Assembly: GCA_028292405.1 (NCBI GenBank)
Contig: JAQGMJ010000030.1
Coordinates: forward strand, 34,039 to 98,038
Reading direction: 5' to 3'
Source: Betaproteobacteria bacterium
Lineage (GTDB): Bacteria; Pseudomonadota; Gammaproteobacteria; Burkholderiales; JAEUOS01
Length of the DNA stretch: 64,000 nucleotides
In this document: piece after piece, positions 9,467 to 19,410 of the stretch
Layout: the number at the start of each line of letters is the position of its first letter
Position numbering within the stretch: position 1 is the first letter of the stretch
Translations under genes and position numbers: made by a program
Notes under the pieces: model-generated
What the model was told of the DNA's origin: nothing
Seen by the model: the letters and a program-made list of their open reading frames with translations, nothing else
Database searches by the model: none

Positions 9467-11026
9467 CTAGGCCACCAGCGCGGCGGCCATGCGCACGGCT
9501 TCGGTGCTGGAGCGGCCGAGCACGCAGCCGGCTTCGAGCAGCTTCGCCTCCTGCGAGGAGCGCACCTGCGGGTCTTGCTCGGTGCCGCAGACGAAGGCGA
9601 CGAAGACGACACGCCGGCCTTGCGCCTGCGCATCGACCTGGGCCTTGCGGATCGCCGGCACCAGCGCGCCGGCCGGGTCCGTGTGGCTGGCGTAGCCCAG
9701 CACGATGTCGATGAGGATCACCGCGGTTTCGGGGTCGGCCGCTTCCTGCGCGATGCGCGCGACGCGGGTGGACGGGTCGATCATCGGGTGCGGGCGGCCG
9801 ACGGTGAAATCGTCGTCGCCGAGATCGAGCATGGTATGTTCCTGCGAACGCCGCAGGTCGGCGACGGCGCGCGACTTGTCCAGCGGCACGTTCGAAAACG
9901 CGGCAACTCCGGCGTCGCGCAAAGCTACCTGCGCCTCGGTGCAAAAGGTGCCGCCGGAGAACAGGCCGCGGATGTATTTCTGTGTCCTGCTTTGCCCCTT
10001 TTCGTGCTGATGGGAATCGAACTGCGCGGCCACCGGCTTGCGCTTTTGCGCCAGTGCCACGCAGGCGTCGGCGCAGTCGAACAGGTTGCCGGTCTGGTGC
10101 ACATTGGCGGGTGTGCTGATGCGTTCGCCGCCGAGAAAGCACACCACCACAGGTTTACCGGCGCGGCCGGCGCGCTCGATCACTGCATTCATCACTGCAG
10201 GGGCAGGGGGCTTGGAGACGATGCCGATTACCTCCGTACCGGGGTCGGCTGCGAGCAGGTCCAGCGCCATCAGCATGGTGATGCCGCCAACCTCGGCCTT
10301 GACGTCGCGCCCGCCGGTGCCGATGGCGTGGCTGATGCCTTCGCCCAGCAAGTGGGTTTGCACCGTGACTTCCTGCAGCCCGGTGCCGGAAGCGGCCACA
10401 AAGCCAATGCGCCCGCGATTGACCACGTTCGCAAAGCCCAGGGGTACGCCGCCGATGATGGCGGTACCGCAGTCCGGCCCCATCACCAGCAGGCCCTTGG
10501 CGCGCGCCGCCTGCTTGACTGTGATCTCCTGCGTCAGCGGCACGTTGTCGCTGAACAGGAAGACGTTGAGCCCGGTCTTGACTGCCTTTAGCGCCTCGGC
10601 GCCGGCATACGAACCCGGCGCGGAGATTTGCGCGATGTTCGCCGTGCCCAGGCGCGGCAGGGCCATGGCAAAGGTCTTGGGGACGATCTCTTTGGCGCTG
10701 CCGGATTTGACGGCCGCGGTGCTGAGGGATTCGTCCACCTTGGCGAACGCAGCGGTGGCGACGGCTTCGCTTGCGGCTTCGACGACGATGATCAGGTCGC
10801 TCGGATTGGCCTTCGCGGCTTCACCGTTGAGCAGACCGGCCTCTTCAAGGATTTCCTTGTTCGCCGGGGTTGCCATCACCAGGGTGGCGCGCGTGACGTG
10901 GGGGTCGGCCAGCAGCTTTTCGGCGATGCGCATCAGCGCCACCGAGTCTTTATACAGGTTGGGTTTGAGGCGGGTGGAGATCGGCACGTTTGACCTTCTT
11001 CGACGCATGCAGGGCGTCCTGCACAC
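9467..11026 (-). CDS. fdrA: FdrA family protein (succinyl-CoA-ligase alpha-like / acyl-CoA synthetase FdrA)
   Basis: NLYKDSVALMRIAEKL near the N-terminus resembles E. coli FdrA, and CoA-ligase-like segments are present (GPDCGTAII, FVAASGTG). The true start is probably the GTG at 10987, preceded by agaagg, rather than 11026. Confidence 0.8.
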   Translation of the reverse strand: MCRTPCMRRRRSNVPISTRLKPNLYKDSVALMRIAEKLLADPHVTRATLVMATPANKEILEEAGLLNGEAAKANPSDLIIVVEAASEAVATAAFAKVDESLSTAAVKSGSAKEIVPKTFAMALPRLGTANIAQISAPGSYAGAEALKAVKTGLNVFLFSDNVPLTQEITVKQAARAKGLLVMGPDCGTAIIGGVPLGFANVVNRGRIGFVAASGTGLQEVTVQTHLLGEGISHAIGTGGRDVKAEVGGITMLMALDLLAADPGTEVIGIVSKPPAPAVMNAVIERAGRAGKPVVVCFLGGERISTPANVHQTGNLFDCADACVALAQKRKPVAAQFDSHQHEKGQSRTQKYIRGLFSGGTFCTEAQVALRDAGVAAFSNVPLDKSRAVADLRRSQEHTMLDLGDDDFTVGRPHPMIDPSTRVARIAQEAADPETAVILIDIVLGYASHTDPAGALVPAIRKAQVDAQAQGRRVVFVAFVCGTEQDPQVRSSQEAKLLEAGCVLGRSSTEAVRMAAALVA

Positions 11027-11141
11027 AATTCAGGGCAGCTTTGTATACAGAATTAATAGTAAACCAAAAGCGCTTTCTGCTGCTGTCTGCTGCGCTTTGC
11101 AGCAAGAGGGCAGCAGAAACTGTGCCGCCTGGTCTATCAGA

Positions 11142-11684
11142 TTAAACGCAGGTGGTGCGTTCGTTGGTGCAGTATTCGCGCGCCCAGCCGCTGATCTTCG
11201 GTCCCTGTACCTGGAGGAAGGGGCCTTTGCAGGCCATCACCTTGAAGGGCGGGGTCTTGCCCGGATCGGTGCCGCTGAAAAGACTCTTTGCGCCTGTCTG
11301 CGGCGCGGCGAGGACGTCGTTCGGGCGGATCTCGATGTCGCCGACCTTGCTCCGGTGCACCCAGCCGCGGCCCTTGAAGCTGGCGCGGTCGCCGCTGGGG
11401 GCCTTGTCGTCCACGGTGGTGGCGCCGTCGATCAGGAACCACTCGCCCTGGTTGCCGGCGATGTGCACTGTGGTCCATTCACCGTCCGGCTTGAGCACGC
11501 CGACAATGTTGTCCGGCTTGACCTCGGGTGCTGCGCGCACGTTCAGGCCCTTGGGGTCGGGGTCGGTGATGTTCAGGCGCACGTCGCACTTGACCATGTC
11601 GGCAGGGACCACGGTGGCGGGCGGCGCCGCACTGGTGAGGCCGGTGGCGCACATCAGCATGGCACTTGCGAGTTTTTTCAGCAT
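11142..11684 (-). CDS. Secreted hypothetical protein with a bacterial SH3-like segment
   Basis: 180 aa with signal peptide MLKKLASAMLMCATGLTSAAP. The segment GLNVRAAPEVKPDNIVGVLKPDGEWTTVHI..GEWFLI fits the SH3b pattern. It has four Cys and is on the same strand, 115 bp upstream of fdrA. Confidence 0.55.
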   Translation of the reverse strand: MLKKLASAMLMCATGLTSAAPPATVVPADMVKCDVRLNITDPDPKGLNVRAAPEVKPDNIVGVLKPDGEWTTVHIAGNQGEWFLIDGATTVDDKAPSGDRASFKGRGWVHRSKVGDIEIRPNDVLAAPQTGAKSLFSGTDPGKTPPFKVMACKGPFLQVQGPKISGWAREYCTNERTTCV

Positions 11685-11707
11685 GGCAGCCTCCGGCGTA
11701 ATCGGGC

Positions 11708-12496
11708 TTAAGCGGTCGGCATGCCGCCGACGATGCGCGAAAAGCCATTGTCCACGTAGGTAATTTCCCCGGTGACGCCGGCGGCCAGGTCGGAGAGCAA
11801 AAAGGCGGCGACGTTGCCGACGTCATCCACCGTGACGTTGCGGCGCATCGGCGCGTTTTCCTCGACGAACTTGAGGATTTTGGAAAAGCCGCCGATGCCC
11901 ATCGCCGCCAGGGTCTTGATCGGCCCCGCCGAAATGCCGTTCACCCGGTGGCCGCGCGGGCCCAGGCTGCTCGCCATGTAGCGCACCGAGGCTTCCAGGC
12001 TGGCCTTGGCCAGGCCCATGGTGTTGTAGTTGGGCACCACGCGCTCGGCGCCCAGGTAGGTCAGCGTCAGCAGGGCGCCGTGGCGGCCTTCCATCATCGG
12101 CATGGCAGCCTTGGCCAGCGCCGGAAAGCTGTAGCTGGAAATGTCGTGGGCGATCCTGAAGGACTCACGCGAGACGCCTTCCATGAAATCACCCTCGATG
12201 GCATCGCGCGGCGCAAAGCCGATGGCGTGCACCAGGCCATCAAGCCCATCCCAGGATTTTTTCAGGCCCTCGAACACGCCGGCGATATCCGCATCGCTGC
12301 CGACATCGCAGGAGAAATACAGGGAGGAGCCGAACTCGGCGGCGAAGCCCTTGATGCGCTCCTCGAAACGCTCGCCCTGATAGGTGAAGGCCAGTTCCGC
12401 GCCTTCGCGGTGGCATGCCTTGGCGATGCCATAGGCGATGGAGCGGTTGCTCAGCACCCCGGTGACCAGTATCTTTTTGCCGGCGAGGAAACCCAT
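11708..12496 (-). CDS. fabI: Enoyl-[acyl-carrier-protein] reductase (NADH) FabI
   Basis: The true start is the ATG at 12496: [27 protein letters not shown], with RBS ggagag. The 71 upstream codons in the track ORF are spurious. Confidence 0.9.
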   Translation of the reverse strand: MGFLAGKKILVTGVLSNRSIAYGIAKACHREGAELAFTYQGERFEERIKGFAAEFGSSLYFSCDVGSDADIAGVFEGLKKSWDGLDGLVHAIGFAPRDAIEGDFMEGVSRESFRIAHDISSYSFPALAKAAMPMMEGRHGALLTLTYLGAERVVPNYNTMGLAKASLEASVRYMASSLGPRGHRVNGISAGPIKTLAAMGIGGFSKILKFVEENAPMRRNVTVDDVGNVAAFLLSDLAAGVTGEITYVDNGFSRIVGGMPTA

Positions 12497-12611
12497 TGTT
12501 GCTCTCCACGAATGTTTTTGACTGGCGCGGATTATATCGGGAGCGGCGCGCATGCTCTGTATTGGCGCCGCGCATGACACCAAAGCGGAGCTTTTGGTTA
12601 CACTGGCGGCC

Positions 12612-14828
12612 ATGCGAAAACCGGGCACGAGGCGGGTCGGGCGTTGGGCGCGATGGGCTGCGCTGGCCTGCGTGTCCCTGATCGCCGCCTGCGGCGACGT
12701 CTGGAACAATCCCTATTCGCTCTCCGAATCGAGCGAAAACGCGCTCTATACCGAGTTCACCGAGCGCCCCAAGCACCTGGACCCGGCGCAGTCGTACACC
12801 GAGTCCGAGGCGGAATTCAATTACCAGATCTACGAAGCGCCGTTCCAGTACCACTACCTGAAGCGCCCGTACGAATTGATTCCGGCCACCGCCACGGCGA
12901 TGCCCAAGCCGCGCTACCTCGATGACAAGGGCCGCGAGCTGCCGGCCAGCGCCGAAGGCAAGGACATCGCGTTTTCGGTTTACGACATCGTCATCCAGCC
13001 GGGCATCCGCTATCAGCCGCACCCGGCGTTTGTCGAAGCCAACCGGCGCCTCGGCGCCCCCGAGATCGCCGGCAAATATGTGCTCGGCGATTTCACCGGT
13101 AGCGGCACCCGCGAACTGGACGCGGCCGACTACGTCTACGAGATCAAGCGCCTGGCCAACCCGCGCGTCAACTCGCCGATCTTCGGCCACATGTCGGATT
13201 ACATTGTCGGCCTGAAGGAACTGGGCGAGCGCCTGCAGCGCGAAGCGAAAAAGCTCGACGCGGCCAAGGGCAAGGGCGCCTGGCTCGACCTGCGGCCCTA
13301 CGAACTGGAAGGCGCCAAGGTAATCGACAAGACCACATTCAGGGTCACGATCAAGGGAAAATATCCACAGCTGCTCTACTGGATGGCGATGCCGTTTTTC
13401 GCGCCCATCCCCTGGGAGGCCGACGAGTTCTACTCCCAGCCCGGCATGGTAGACAAGAATTTCACCCTCGACTGGTACCCGGTGGGCACCGGCGCCTACA
13501 TGCTGACGGAGAACAATCCCAACCTGCGCATGGTGTTGTCGAAGAATCCGTATTTCCACGGCGAGAAATATCCGACGGAGGGCGAGGCAGGCGACAAGGC
13601 CGCCGGGCTGCTGGAAGACGCGGGCAAACCCATTCCCTTCATGGACCGCATCGTCTTCGTGCGCGAGAAGGAAGCGATTCCCTACTGGAACAAATTCCTC
13701 CAGGGCTATTACGACAAGTCCGGCATCTCCTCCGACAACTTCGACCAGGCGGTGAAGTTCGGCGGCGGCGGCGAGGCCACCCTGAGCCCGGAAATGGAAG
13801 AGCGCGGCATCAGCCTGCGCACCTCGCTGGCCACCTCTACCCTTTACACTGCCTTCAACTGGCTCGACCCCGTGGTCGGCAAGCCCGGCGGCGAGCGCGC
13901 ACGCAAGCTGCGCCAAGCGATTTCGATCGCCGTGGACTACGAGGAACTGATCTCGATTTTCATGAACGGCCGCGGCATTCCCTCGCAGGGGCCGATCCCG
14001 CCGGGTATTTTCGGTTTTCGCGAAGGCAAGGAGAGCATCAATCCCCTGGTGTATGACTGGGTCGATGGCGCCCCCAAGCGCAAGTCGATCGCCGAGGCCA
14101 AACGACTGATGGCCGAGGCCGGCTATCCGGACGGCCACGACGCCAAGACCGGGGCGCCCTTGGTGCTCAATCTCGACACGCCCAGCAGCGGCAACAACAA
14201 GGCGCAACTGGACTGGTACCGCAAGCAATTCGCCAAGATCGATGTCCAGTTGGAGATTCGCGCCACCGACTTCAACCGTTTCCAGGACAAGGTCCGCAAG
14301 GGCAATACGCAGATGTTTTCGCTCGGCTGGAACGCGGATTATCCCGATCCGGAAAACTTTCTGTTCCTGTTCTACAGTCCGAACGCCACGGTGAAAAACG
14401 ACGGCGAGAACAAGTCGAACTACGAAAACGCCGAGTACGACCGCCTGTTCGCCCAGGTCGGTAATATGGAAAACAGCCCGAAGCGCCAGGAAATGATCGA
14501 CCGCATGGTGACCATCCTGCGCCACGACGTGCCATGGATGTGGGGCGTGCACCCGAAGAGCTATGCCCTGGTGCATGACTGGGTGAAAAATAGCAAGCCG
14601 AATGAAATGGCGCGCAACAATCTCAAGTACCAGCGCATCGACGGCAACCAGCGCGCGCGCAAGCGCCTTTCGTGGAACCCGCCGGTGGTCTGGCCTCTGG
14701 TGCTATTGCTGATCGCTGTCGCGGGTCTCGCCTGGCTGGGTGTGCGCGCCTGGCGCCGGGCCGAGAGCGCGGCGGCGATCTCCGATGCCGCGGCGGCGCA
14801 AGCGCCCGCGACTGGAGGCCAGGCATGA
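12612..14828 (+). CDS. ABC transporter substrate-binding protein, family 5 (YejA/oligopeptide-like), with N-terminal lipobox and C-terminal hydrophobic anchor
   Basis: The start at 12612 gives [28 protein letters not shown], which contains a lipobox. The body is SBP_bac_5-like. The C-terminus carries [20 protein letters not shown] followed by RAWRR. Confidence 0.8.
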   Translation: MRKPGTRRVGRWARWAALACVSLIAACGDVWNNPYSLSESSENALYTEFTERPKHLDPAQSYTESEAEFNYQIYEAPFQYHYLKRPYELIPATATAMPKPRYLDDKGRELPASAEGKDIAFSVYDIVIQPGIRYQPHPAFVEANRRLGAPEIAGKYVLGDFTGSGTRELDAADYVYEIKRLANPRVNSPIFGHMSDYIVGLKELGERLQREAKKLDAAKGKGAWLDLRPYELEGAKVIDKTTFRVTIKGKYPQLLYWMAMPFFAPIPWEADEFYSQPGMVDKNFTLDWYPVGTGAYMLTENNPNLRMVLSKNPYFHGEKYPTEGEAGDKAAGLLEDAGKPIPFMDRIVFVREKEAIPYWNKFLQGYYDKSGISSDNFDQAVKFGGGGEATLSPEMEERGISLRTSLATSTLYTAFNWLDPVVGKPGGERARKLRQAISIAVDYEELISIFMNGRGIPSQGPIPPGIFGFREGKESINPLVYDWVDGAPKRKSIAEAKRLMAEAGYPDGHDAKTGAPLVLNLDTPSSGNNKAQLDWYRKQFAKIDVQLEIRATDFNRFQDKVRKGNTQMFSLGWNADYPDPENFLFLFYSPNATVKNDGENKSNYENAEYDRLFAQVGNMENSPKRQEMIDRMVTILRHDVPWMWGVHPKSYALVHDWVKNSKPNEMARNNLKYQRIDGNQRARKRLSWNPPVVWPLVLLLIAVAGLAWLGVRAWRRAESAAAISDAAAAQAPATGGQA

Positions 14829-15802
14829 GCGCCTATATCGTCCGCCGCCTGGGCTACGGCCTGCTGGTGCTGATCGGCGTCAACCTGTTCACCTTCTGGC
14901 TGTTCTTCAAGGTCAATACGCCGGACGACATTGCGCGCATCCAGCTCGGCGGCAAGCGCGTCACGGCCGACGCCATCGCCAAGTGGAAGGCCGAGCGCGG
15001 CTACGACAAGCCGCTGCTGTTCAACAGCGCCGCCGCCGGTATCGAGAAGGTCACAGACACGATCTATTTCGAAAAATCGGCGTCGATGTTCGCCTTGCGT
15101 TTCGGCCAGTCCGACGACGGCCGCGACATCTGGTATGAAATCCGCACTCGCGCCGGGCCCAGCCTCGCCTTGCAGATTCCGAATTTCATCATCGGTCTGG
15201 CGGTGACGGTGAGCTTCGCCTTGCTGCTGGCGCTGTTCCGTGGCTCGCGTTTCGATTTCACCAGCCAGATACTCCTGGTGGTGATGATGTCGGTCTCTGG
15301 CCTGTTCTATATCATCGGCGGCCAATACCTGTTCAGCAAGGCTTGGCGCCTGGTGCCGATTTCCGGGTATGACACGCTGTTCGACAGCTTTCGTTTCGTC
15401 ATCCTGCCGGTGGTCATCGGTGTCATCTCGGGCTTCGCCGGCTCGACCCGCCTTTATCGCACGATTTTCATCGAAGAAGTCGGACGCGATTATGTGCGCA
15501 CCGCGCGCGCCAAGGGACTCTCCGAACTGACGGTGATGTTCCGCCACGTGCTGAAGAACGGCATGATCCCCATCCTTACCGGCGTGGTGGTGGTGATCCC
15601 GACCCTGTTCATGGGCAGCTTGCTGTTCGAATCCTTTTTCGGCATTCCGGGTTTGGGTAGTTACACGATCGAGGCGATCCAGTCGCAAGACTTCGGCATC
15701 GTGCGCTCGATGGTGTTCATTGGCACCGTGCTGCTGGTGCTGGGCCTGATCGCCACCGACATTTCGTACACCTTCGTCGACCCGCGCGTGAGGCTGGAAT
15801 GA
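14825..15802 (+). CDS. ABC transporter permease (YejB/DppB-like)
   Basis: The ATG at 14825 overlaps the upstream stop (ATGA). [28 protein letters not shown] is a typical BPD permease N-terminus. Confidence 0.85.
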   Translation: MSAYIVRRLGYGLLVLIGVNLFTFWLFFKVNTPDDIARIQLGGKRVTADAIAKWKAERGYDKPLLFNSAAAGIEKVTDTIYFEKSASMFALRFGQSDDGRDIWYEIRTRAGPSLALQIPNFIIGLAVTVSFALLLALFRGSRFDFTSQILLVVMMSVSGLFYIIGGQYLFSKAWRLVPISGYDTLFDSFRFVILPVVIGVISGFAGSTRLYRTIFIEEVGRDYVRTARAKGLSELTVMFRHVLKNGMIPILTGVVVVIPTLFMGSLLFESFFGIPGLGSYTIEAIQSQDFGIVRSMVFIGTVLLVLGLIATDISYTFVDPRVRLE

Positions 15803-17298
15803 ACTTCTCGCCGGTGCTCCTGATTACCGACGTGCTGCTCTGGCTGCTGGTGTTCGCCGTGGTCGGCTATGTCTGGTACGTACGTCGCCATGAACACCTG
15901 CTGGTGCCGTGGCTGAAGGTCAGGCAAAACCCGGTGGCGATGATCTGCGCAACGGTGCTGGTGGCCTATGCCGCCATTGGCCTGGCGGACTCGTTGCACT
16001 TTCGCACCGCGAGCGGTGCGCCGGGCCGCAGCCAGACGGGGGTGGAAGTGCGCAGCGTGCTCGATGTTCTGCTGGGCGCCGCGCTCGGGCCGATGGCCGG
16101 CAAGAGCGAAAAGACCTACTCGGCGCCGCTGGCGATCTATTCCTTCGCCAAGGAGACCGTGGAAAAACCGGGCGGCGGACAGGCCCGCGAATTTCCGCGC
16201 CTGACGGTTGGCGGCGCGCACTTGAAGAATCCCGGCGACCGCGATGGCGATATTGCCTGGCGCGGCGCGCTGGGTCTGGCGAAAGGCCTCGTCCTGTTTG
16301 CCGTGCTCAACGGCGCGCTCGCGCTGTGGGTGGGCCGCAAGGGCGGCGGCCCGGCGCTGGCAGCGCGCGCGATGTGGCGCGGCACCACGCCCGCGCCCTG
16401 GCGGCCGATACTCGTCACCCTGTTGCTGATCTGCCTGATGGCCTGTCCGGCGGTAGCGCTGGGCAGCCACTATCACCTCTTCGGCACCGACAAGGTCGGG
16501 CAGGACGTGCTGACCATCTCGCTCAAGAGCATACGCACCGGCCTGGTGATCGGCACGCTGACGACGATGGTGATGCTGCCCTTCGCCGTGCTGCTCGGCC
16601 TGGCCGCCGGTTATTTCCGCGGCTGGGTGGACGACGTCATCGTCTATTTGTACACCTCGCTGAGTTCGATTCCTTCGGTGCTGCTGATCGCCGCCGCCGT
16701 GCTGATCGTGCAGGTGAGCATCGACAACCACCAGGACCTGTTCCCCACCACCTTGCAGCGCGCCGACATGCGCCTGCTGGCCCTGTGCGTGATCCTCGGT
16801 GCCACCGGCTGGACCGGCCTGTGCCGCTTGCTGCGCGGCGAAGCGCTGAAGCTGCGCGAGCTCGACTACATCCAGGCGGCGCAAGCCTTCGGCGTGGCGC
16901 GCCTGCGCATCCTCACCCGCCACATGCTGCCCAATGTGATGCACCTGGTGACGATCAACGCGGTGATGGACTTTTCCGGCATGGTGCTGGCTGAAGCCGT
17001 GCTCTCCTATGTGGGTGTCGGCGTCGATCCGACCACCAACAGCTTCGGCGGCATGATCAACGCCGCACGCTTCGAGATGTCGCGCGACCCGCTGGTGTGG
17101 TGGCTGCTGGCCGCGGCCTTCTTTTTCATGCTTGGCCTGGTGCTGGCGGCCAACCTGTTCGCCGACGCGGTGCAGGAAGCCTTCGATCCGCGCCGCGTGG
17201 TGCGCCGCGCGCGCCCGCGCATCTTCCAGCGCGGCCCGGTGGGCGGCATGACCGAGGCGGCTGAAGACCCCCGCGCGCCCGGAGGGCGGCCGGCATGA
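15799..17298 (+). CDS. ABC transporter permease (YejE/DppC-like) with an enlarged N-terminal periplasmic region
   Basis: 499 aa. There is an ATGA overlap with the upstream gene, and the permease core is present in the C-terminal ~300 aa (LRELDYIQAAQAFGV motif). Confidence 0.85.
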   Translation: MNFSPVLLITDVLLWLLVFAVVGYVWYVRRHEHLLVPWLKVRQNPVAMICATVLVAYAAIGLADSLHFRTASGAPGRSQTGVEVRSVLDVLLGAALGPMAGKSEKTYSAPLAIYSFAKETVEKPGGGQAREFPRLTVGGAHLKNPGDRDGDIAWRGALGLAKGLVLFAVLNGALALWVGRKGGGPALAARAMWRGTTPAPWRPILVTLLLICLMACPAVALGSHYHLFGTDKVGQDVLTISLKSIRTGLVIGTLTTMVMLPFAVLLGLAAGYFRGWVDDVIVYLYTSLSSIPSVLLIAAAVLIVQVSIDNHQDLFPTTLQRADMRLLALCVILGATGWTGLCRLLRGEALKLRELDYIQAAQAFGVARLRILTRHMLPNVMHLVTINAVMDFSGMVLAEAVLSYVGVGVDPTTNSFGGMINAARFEMSRDPLVWWLLAAAFFFMLGLVLAANLFADAVQEAFDPRRVVRRARPRIFQRGPVGGMTEAAEDPRAPGGRPA

Positions 17299-19334
17299 CC
17301 GACGTACTCGAAGTCAGGAATCTGCACACGCGCATCGACAGTGCTTCCGGCGTGGTGCATCCGCTGGACGGCATCGACCTGACGCTGAAGGCCGGCGAAA
17401 CTTTCGCCATTGTCGGCGAATCCGGTTCCGGCAAGTCGATGACCGCGCTTTCCATCATGCGCCTGTTGCCCGAGCCGGGCTGGATCGAGCGCGGCGAGGT
17501 GAACCTCGACGGCCACAACATCCTTACCTTGCCCGAGTACCGCATGCGCGACGTGCGCGGCGCGCGCATCGGCATGATCTTCCAGGAGCCGGCCACCAGC
17601 CTGAACCCGGTGCTGACCTGCGGCGAGCAGATCGTTGAGGTGCTGGAGCGCCATAAGATCGAGGAGGGACCCGCCGCGCGCCGCCGCGCCACCGAGTGGT
17701 TGAAGCGTGTCGGCATTCCCGACCCCGAGCGGCGCATGGACGAATACCCGTTCCAGCTCTCCGGCGGCATGAAGCAGCGGGTGATGATCGCCGTCGCATT
17801 GGCGGCCGAGCCACAGGTGCTGATTGCCGACGAGCCGACCACGGCGCTGGACGTCACGATCCAGGCGCAGATACTCGACCTCTTGAAGAGCTTGCAAAAA
17901 GAGCGCGGCATGGCGATGCTGCTGATCACCCATGACCTTGCCGTAGTGGCGCAGATGGCGCACCGGGTGGCGCTGATGTATGCCGGCGAGATCGTGAAAA
18001 TCGGCCCGCGCGACGCGTTTTTCGCCCAGCCGCTGCACCCGTATGCACTGAAACTGTTCGCCTCGCTGCCGGGCGCGGGCAAGCGCGGCGAGCCGCTGGC
18101 CTCGATCAAGGGTTTCGTGCCGCCGCTGCACGGCCAGTTCACCGGCTGCCGCTTCGCCGACCGCTGCGACTATGCCTATGACCGCTGCCGAAAGCAGGCG
18201 CCCGCCTGGCACGGCCCGGATCCGCAGCACCAGGCGCGCTGCCACTTGCTTGATCCGCGCGAGGAGTGGCGTCTGGCCGAACTGCTGCGGCGGGAAGACG
18301 ACAAGGTGCCGGAAGCGGCCGACTTCGCAGCGCCGGCGGATGCCGGCGACCTGCTGGAGGTCCGCGACCTCAAGGTGCACTTCCCGATCCGCAAGGGCCT
18401 GCTTAAAAAAGTGGTCGGCCAGGTCAAGGCCGTCGATGGGGTGTCGCTGTCGATCCGCCAGGGCCGCACCCTGGCCCTGGTCGGTGAATCCGGCTGCGGC
18501 AAGACCACCGCCGGCAAGGCGCTGTTGCAACTGGTGCCCGTCACCGGCGGCACGGTGCGCTTCGGCGGCAACGAGGTGCTCGGCCTAAAGGGCGCGGAAT
18601 TGAAGCGCATGCGCAGCCGCATGCAACTGGTGTTCCAGGACCCCTTCGGCTCGCTTAACCCGCGCATGCGCGTGGGCGAGATCATTGCCGAAGGCATGGC
18701 TTCCTTCGGCATCGGCGCCAATGCGCAGGCGCGCAACGATCGCGTGGCCGAGCTGCTCGGGCAGGTCGGCCTGGCGGTGGAGTCGCGCTACAAATACCCG
18801 CATGAATTCTCCGGCGGCCAGCGCCAGCGCATTGCGATCGCGCGCGCGCTGGCGGCCAATCCTCAACTGATTGTCTGCGATGAGCCCACCAGTGCGCTCG
18901 ACGTCTCTGTGCAGGCGCAGATCCTCAACCTGTTAAAGGATCTGCAAAAGACCCTGGGGGTGAGCTTCCTGTTCATCACCCACAACATCGGCGTGGTCGA
19001 GTACCTGGCTCACGACGTGGCGGTGATGTACCTCGGGCGCATTGTGGAGTCTGGCACTGCCGAAGAGGTGCTGAACCGGCCGCGGCATCCGTATACGCAA
19101 GCCCTGCTGGCGGCGGTGCCGCGCTTGAATACCGAGAGCAAGCTGCCGCCTCTCACCAGCGAAGTGAAGGAGCACCTGGCGGCCGACATACCGAGCCCGG
19201 CCAACCCGCCGGCCGGCTGCCATTTCCATACCCGCTGCCCGCTGGCGGTCGAGGCGTGCAAGGCCGCCTATCCCGCTGAAGTCGCGGTGAGTGCGACCCA
19301 CAAGGTACGCTGCATTATGGTGCAACCCGAGTAG
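17295..19334 (+). CDS. ABC transporter ATP-binding protein with two fused ATPase domains (YejF-like)
   Basis: Two Walker A motifs (GESGSGKS, GESGCGKT) and two signature motifs (LSGGMKQR, FSGGQRQR). Confidence 0.9.
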   Translation: MTDVLEVRNLHTRIDSASGVVHPLDGIDLTLKAGETFAIVGESGSGKSMTALSIMRLLPEPGWIERGEVNLDGHNILTLPEYRMRDVRGARIGMIFQEPATSLNPVLTCGEQIVEVLERHKIEEGPAARRRATEWLKRVGIPDPERRMDEYPFQLSGGMKQRVMIAVALAAEPQVLIADEPTTALDVTIQAQILDLLKSLQKERGMAMLLITHDLAVVAQMAHRVALMYAGEIVKIGPRDAFFAQPLHPYALKLFASLPGAGKRGEPLASIKGFVPPLHGQFTGCRFADRCDYAYDRCRKQAPAWHGPDPQHQARCHLLDPREEWRLAELLRREDDKVPEAADFAAPADAGDLLEVRDLKVHFPIRKGLLKKVVGQVKAVDGVSLSIRQGRTLALVGESGCGKTTAGKALLQLVPVTGGTVRFGGNEVLGLKGAELKRMRSRMQLVFQDPFGSLNPRMRVGEIIAEGMASFGIGANAQARNDRVAELLGQVGLAVESRYKYPHEFSGGQRQRIAIARALAANPQLIVCDEPTSALDVSVQAQILNLLKDLQKTLGVSFLFITHNIGVVEYLAHDVAVMYLGRIVESGTAEEVLNRPRHPYTQALLAAVPRLNTESKLPPLTSEVKEHLAADIPSPANPPAGCHFHTRCPLAVEACKAAYPAEVAVSATHKVRCIMVQPE

Positions 19335-19410
19335 CATCGCGTCTGAGTTTGCGCATAGACTGCGCGGCATCGGCCGCTGCCGCGGCGCACATAATAAGAA
19401 GGAGGCAAAC

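Noticed and set aside
15624-15633. The tRNA T-loop-like string GTTCGAATCC.
   Set aside because: It lies inside the permease coding frame (..LLFESFF..) and has no flanking acceptor or anticodon stems. I found no tRNA or rRNA anywhere in the window.
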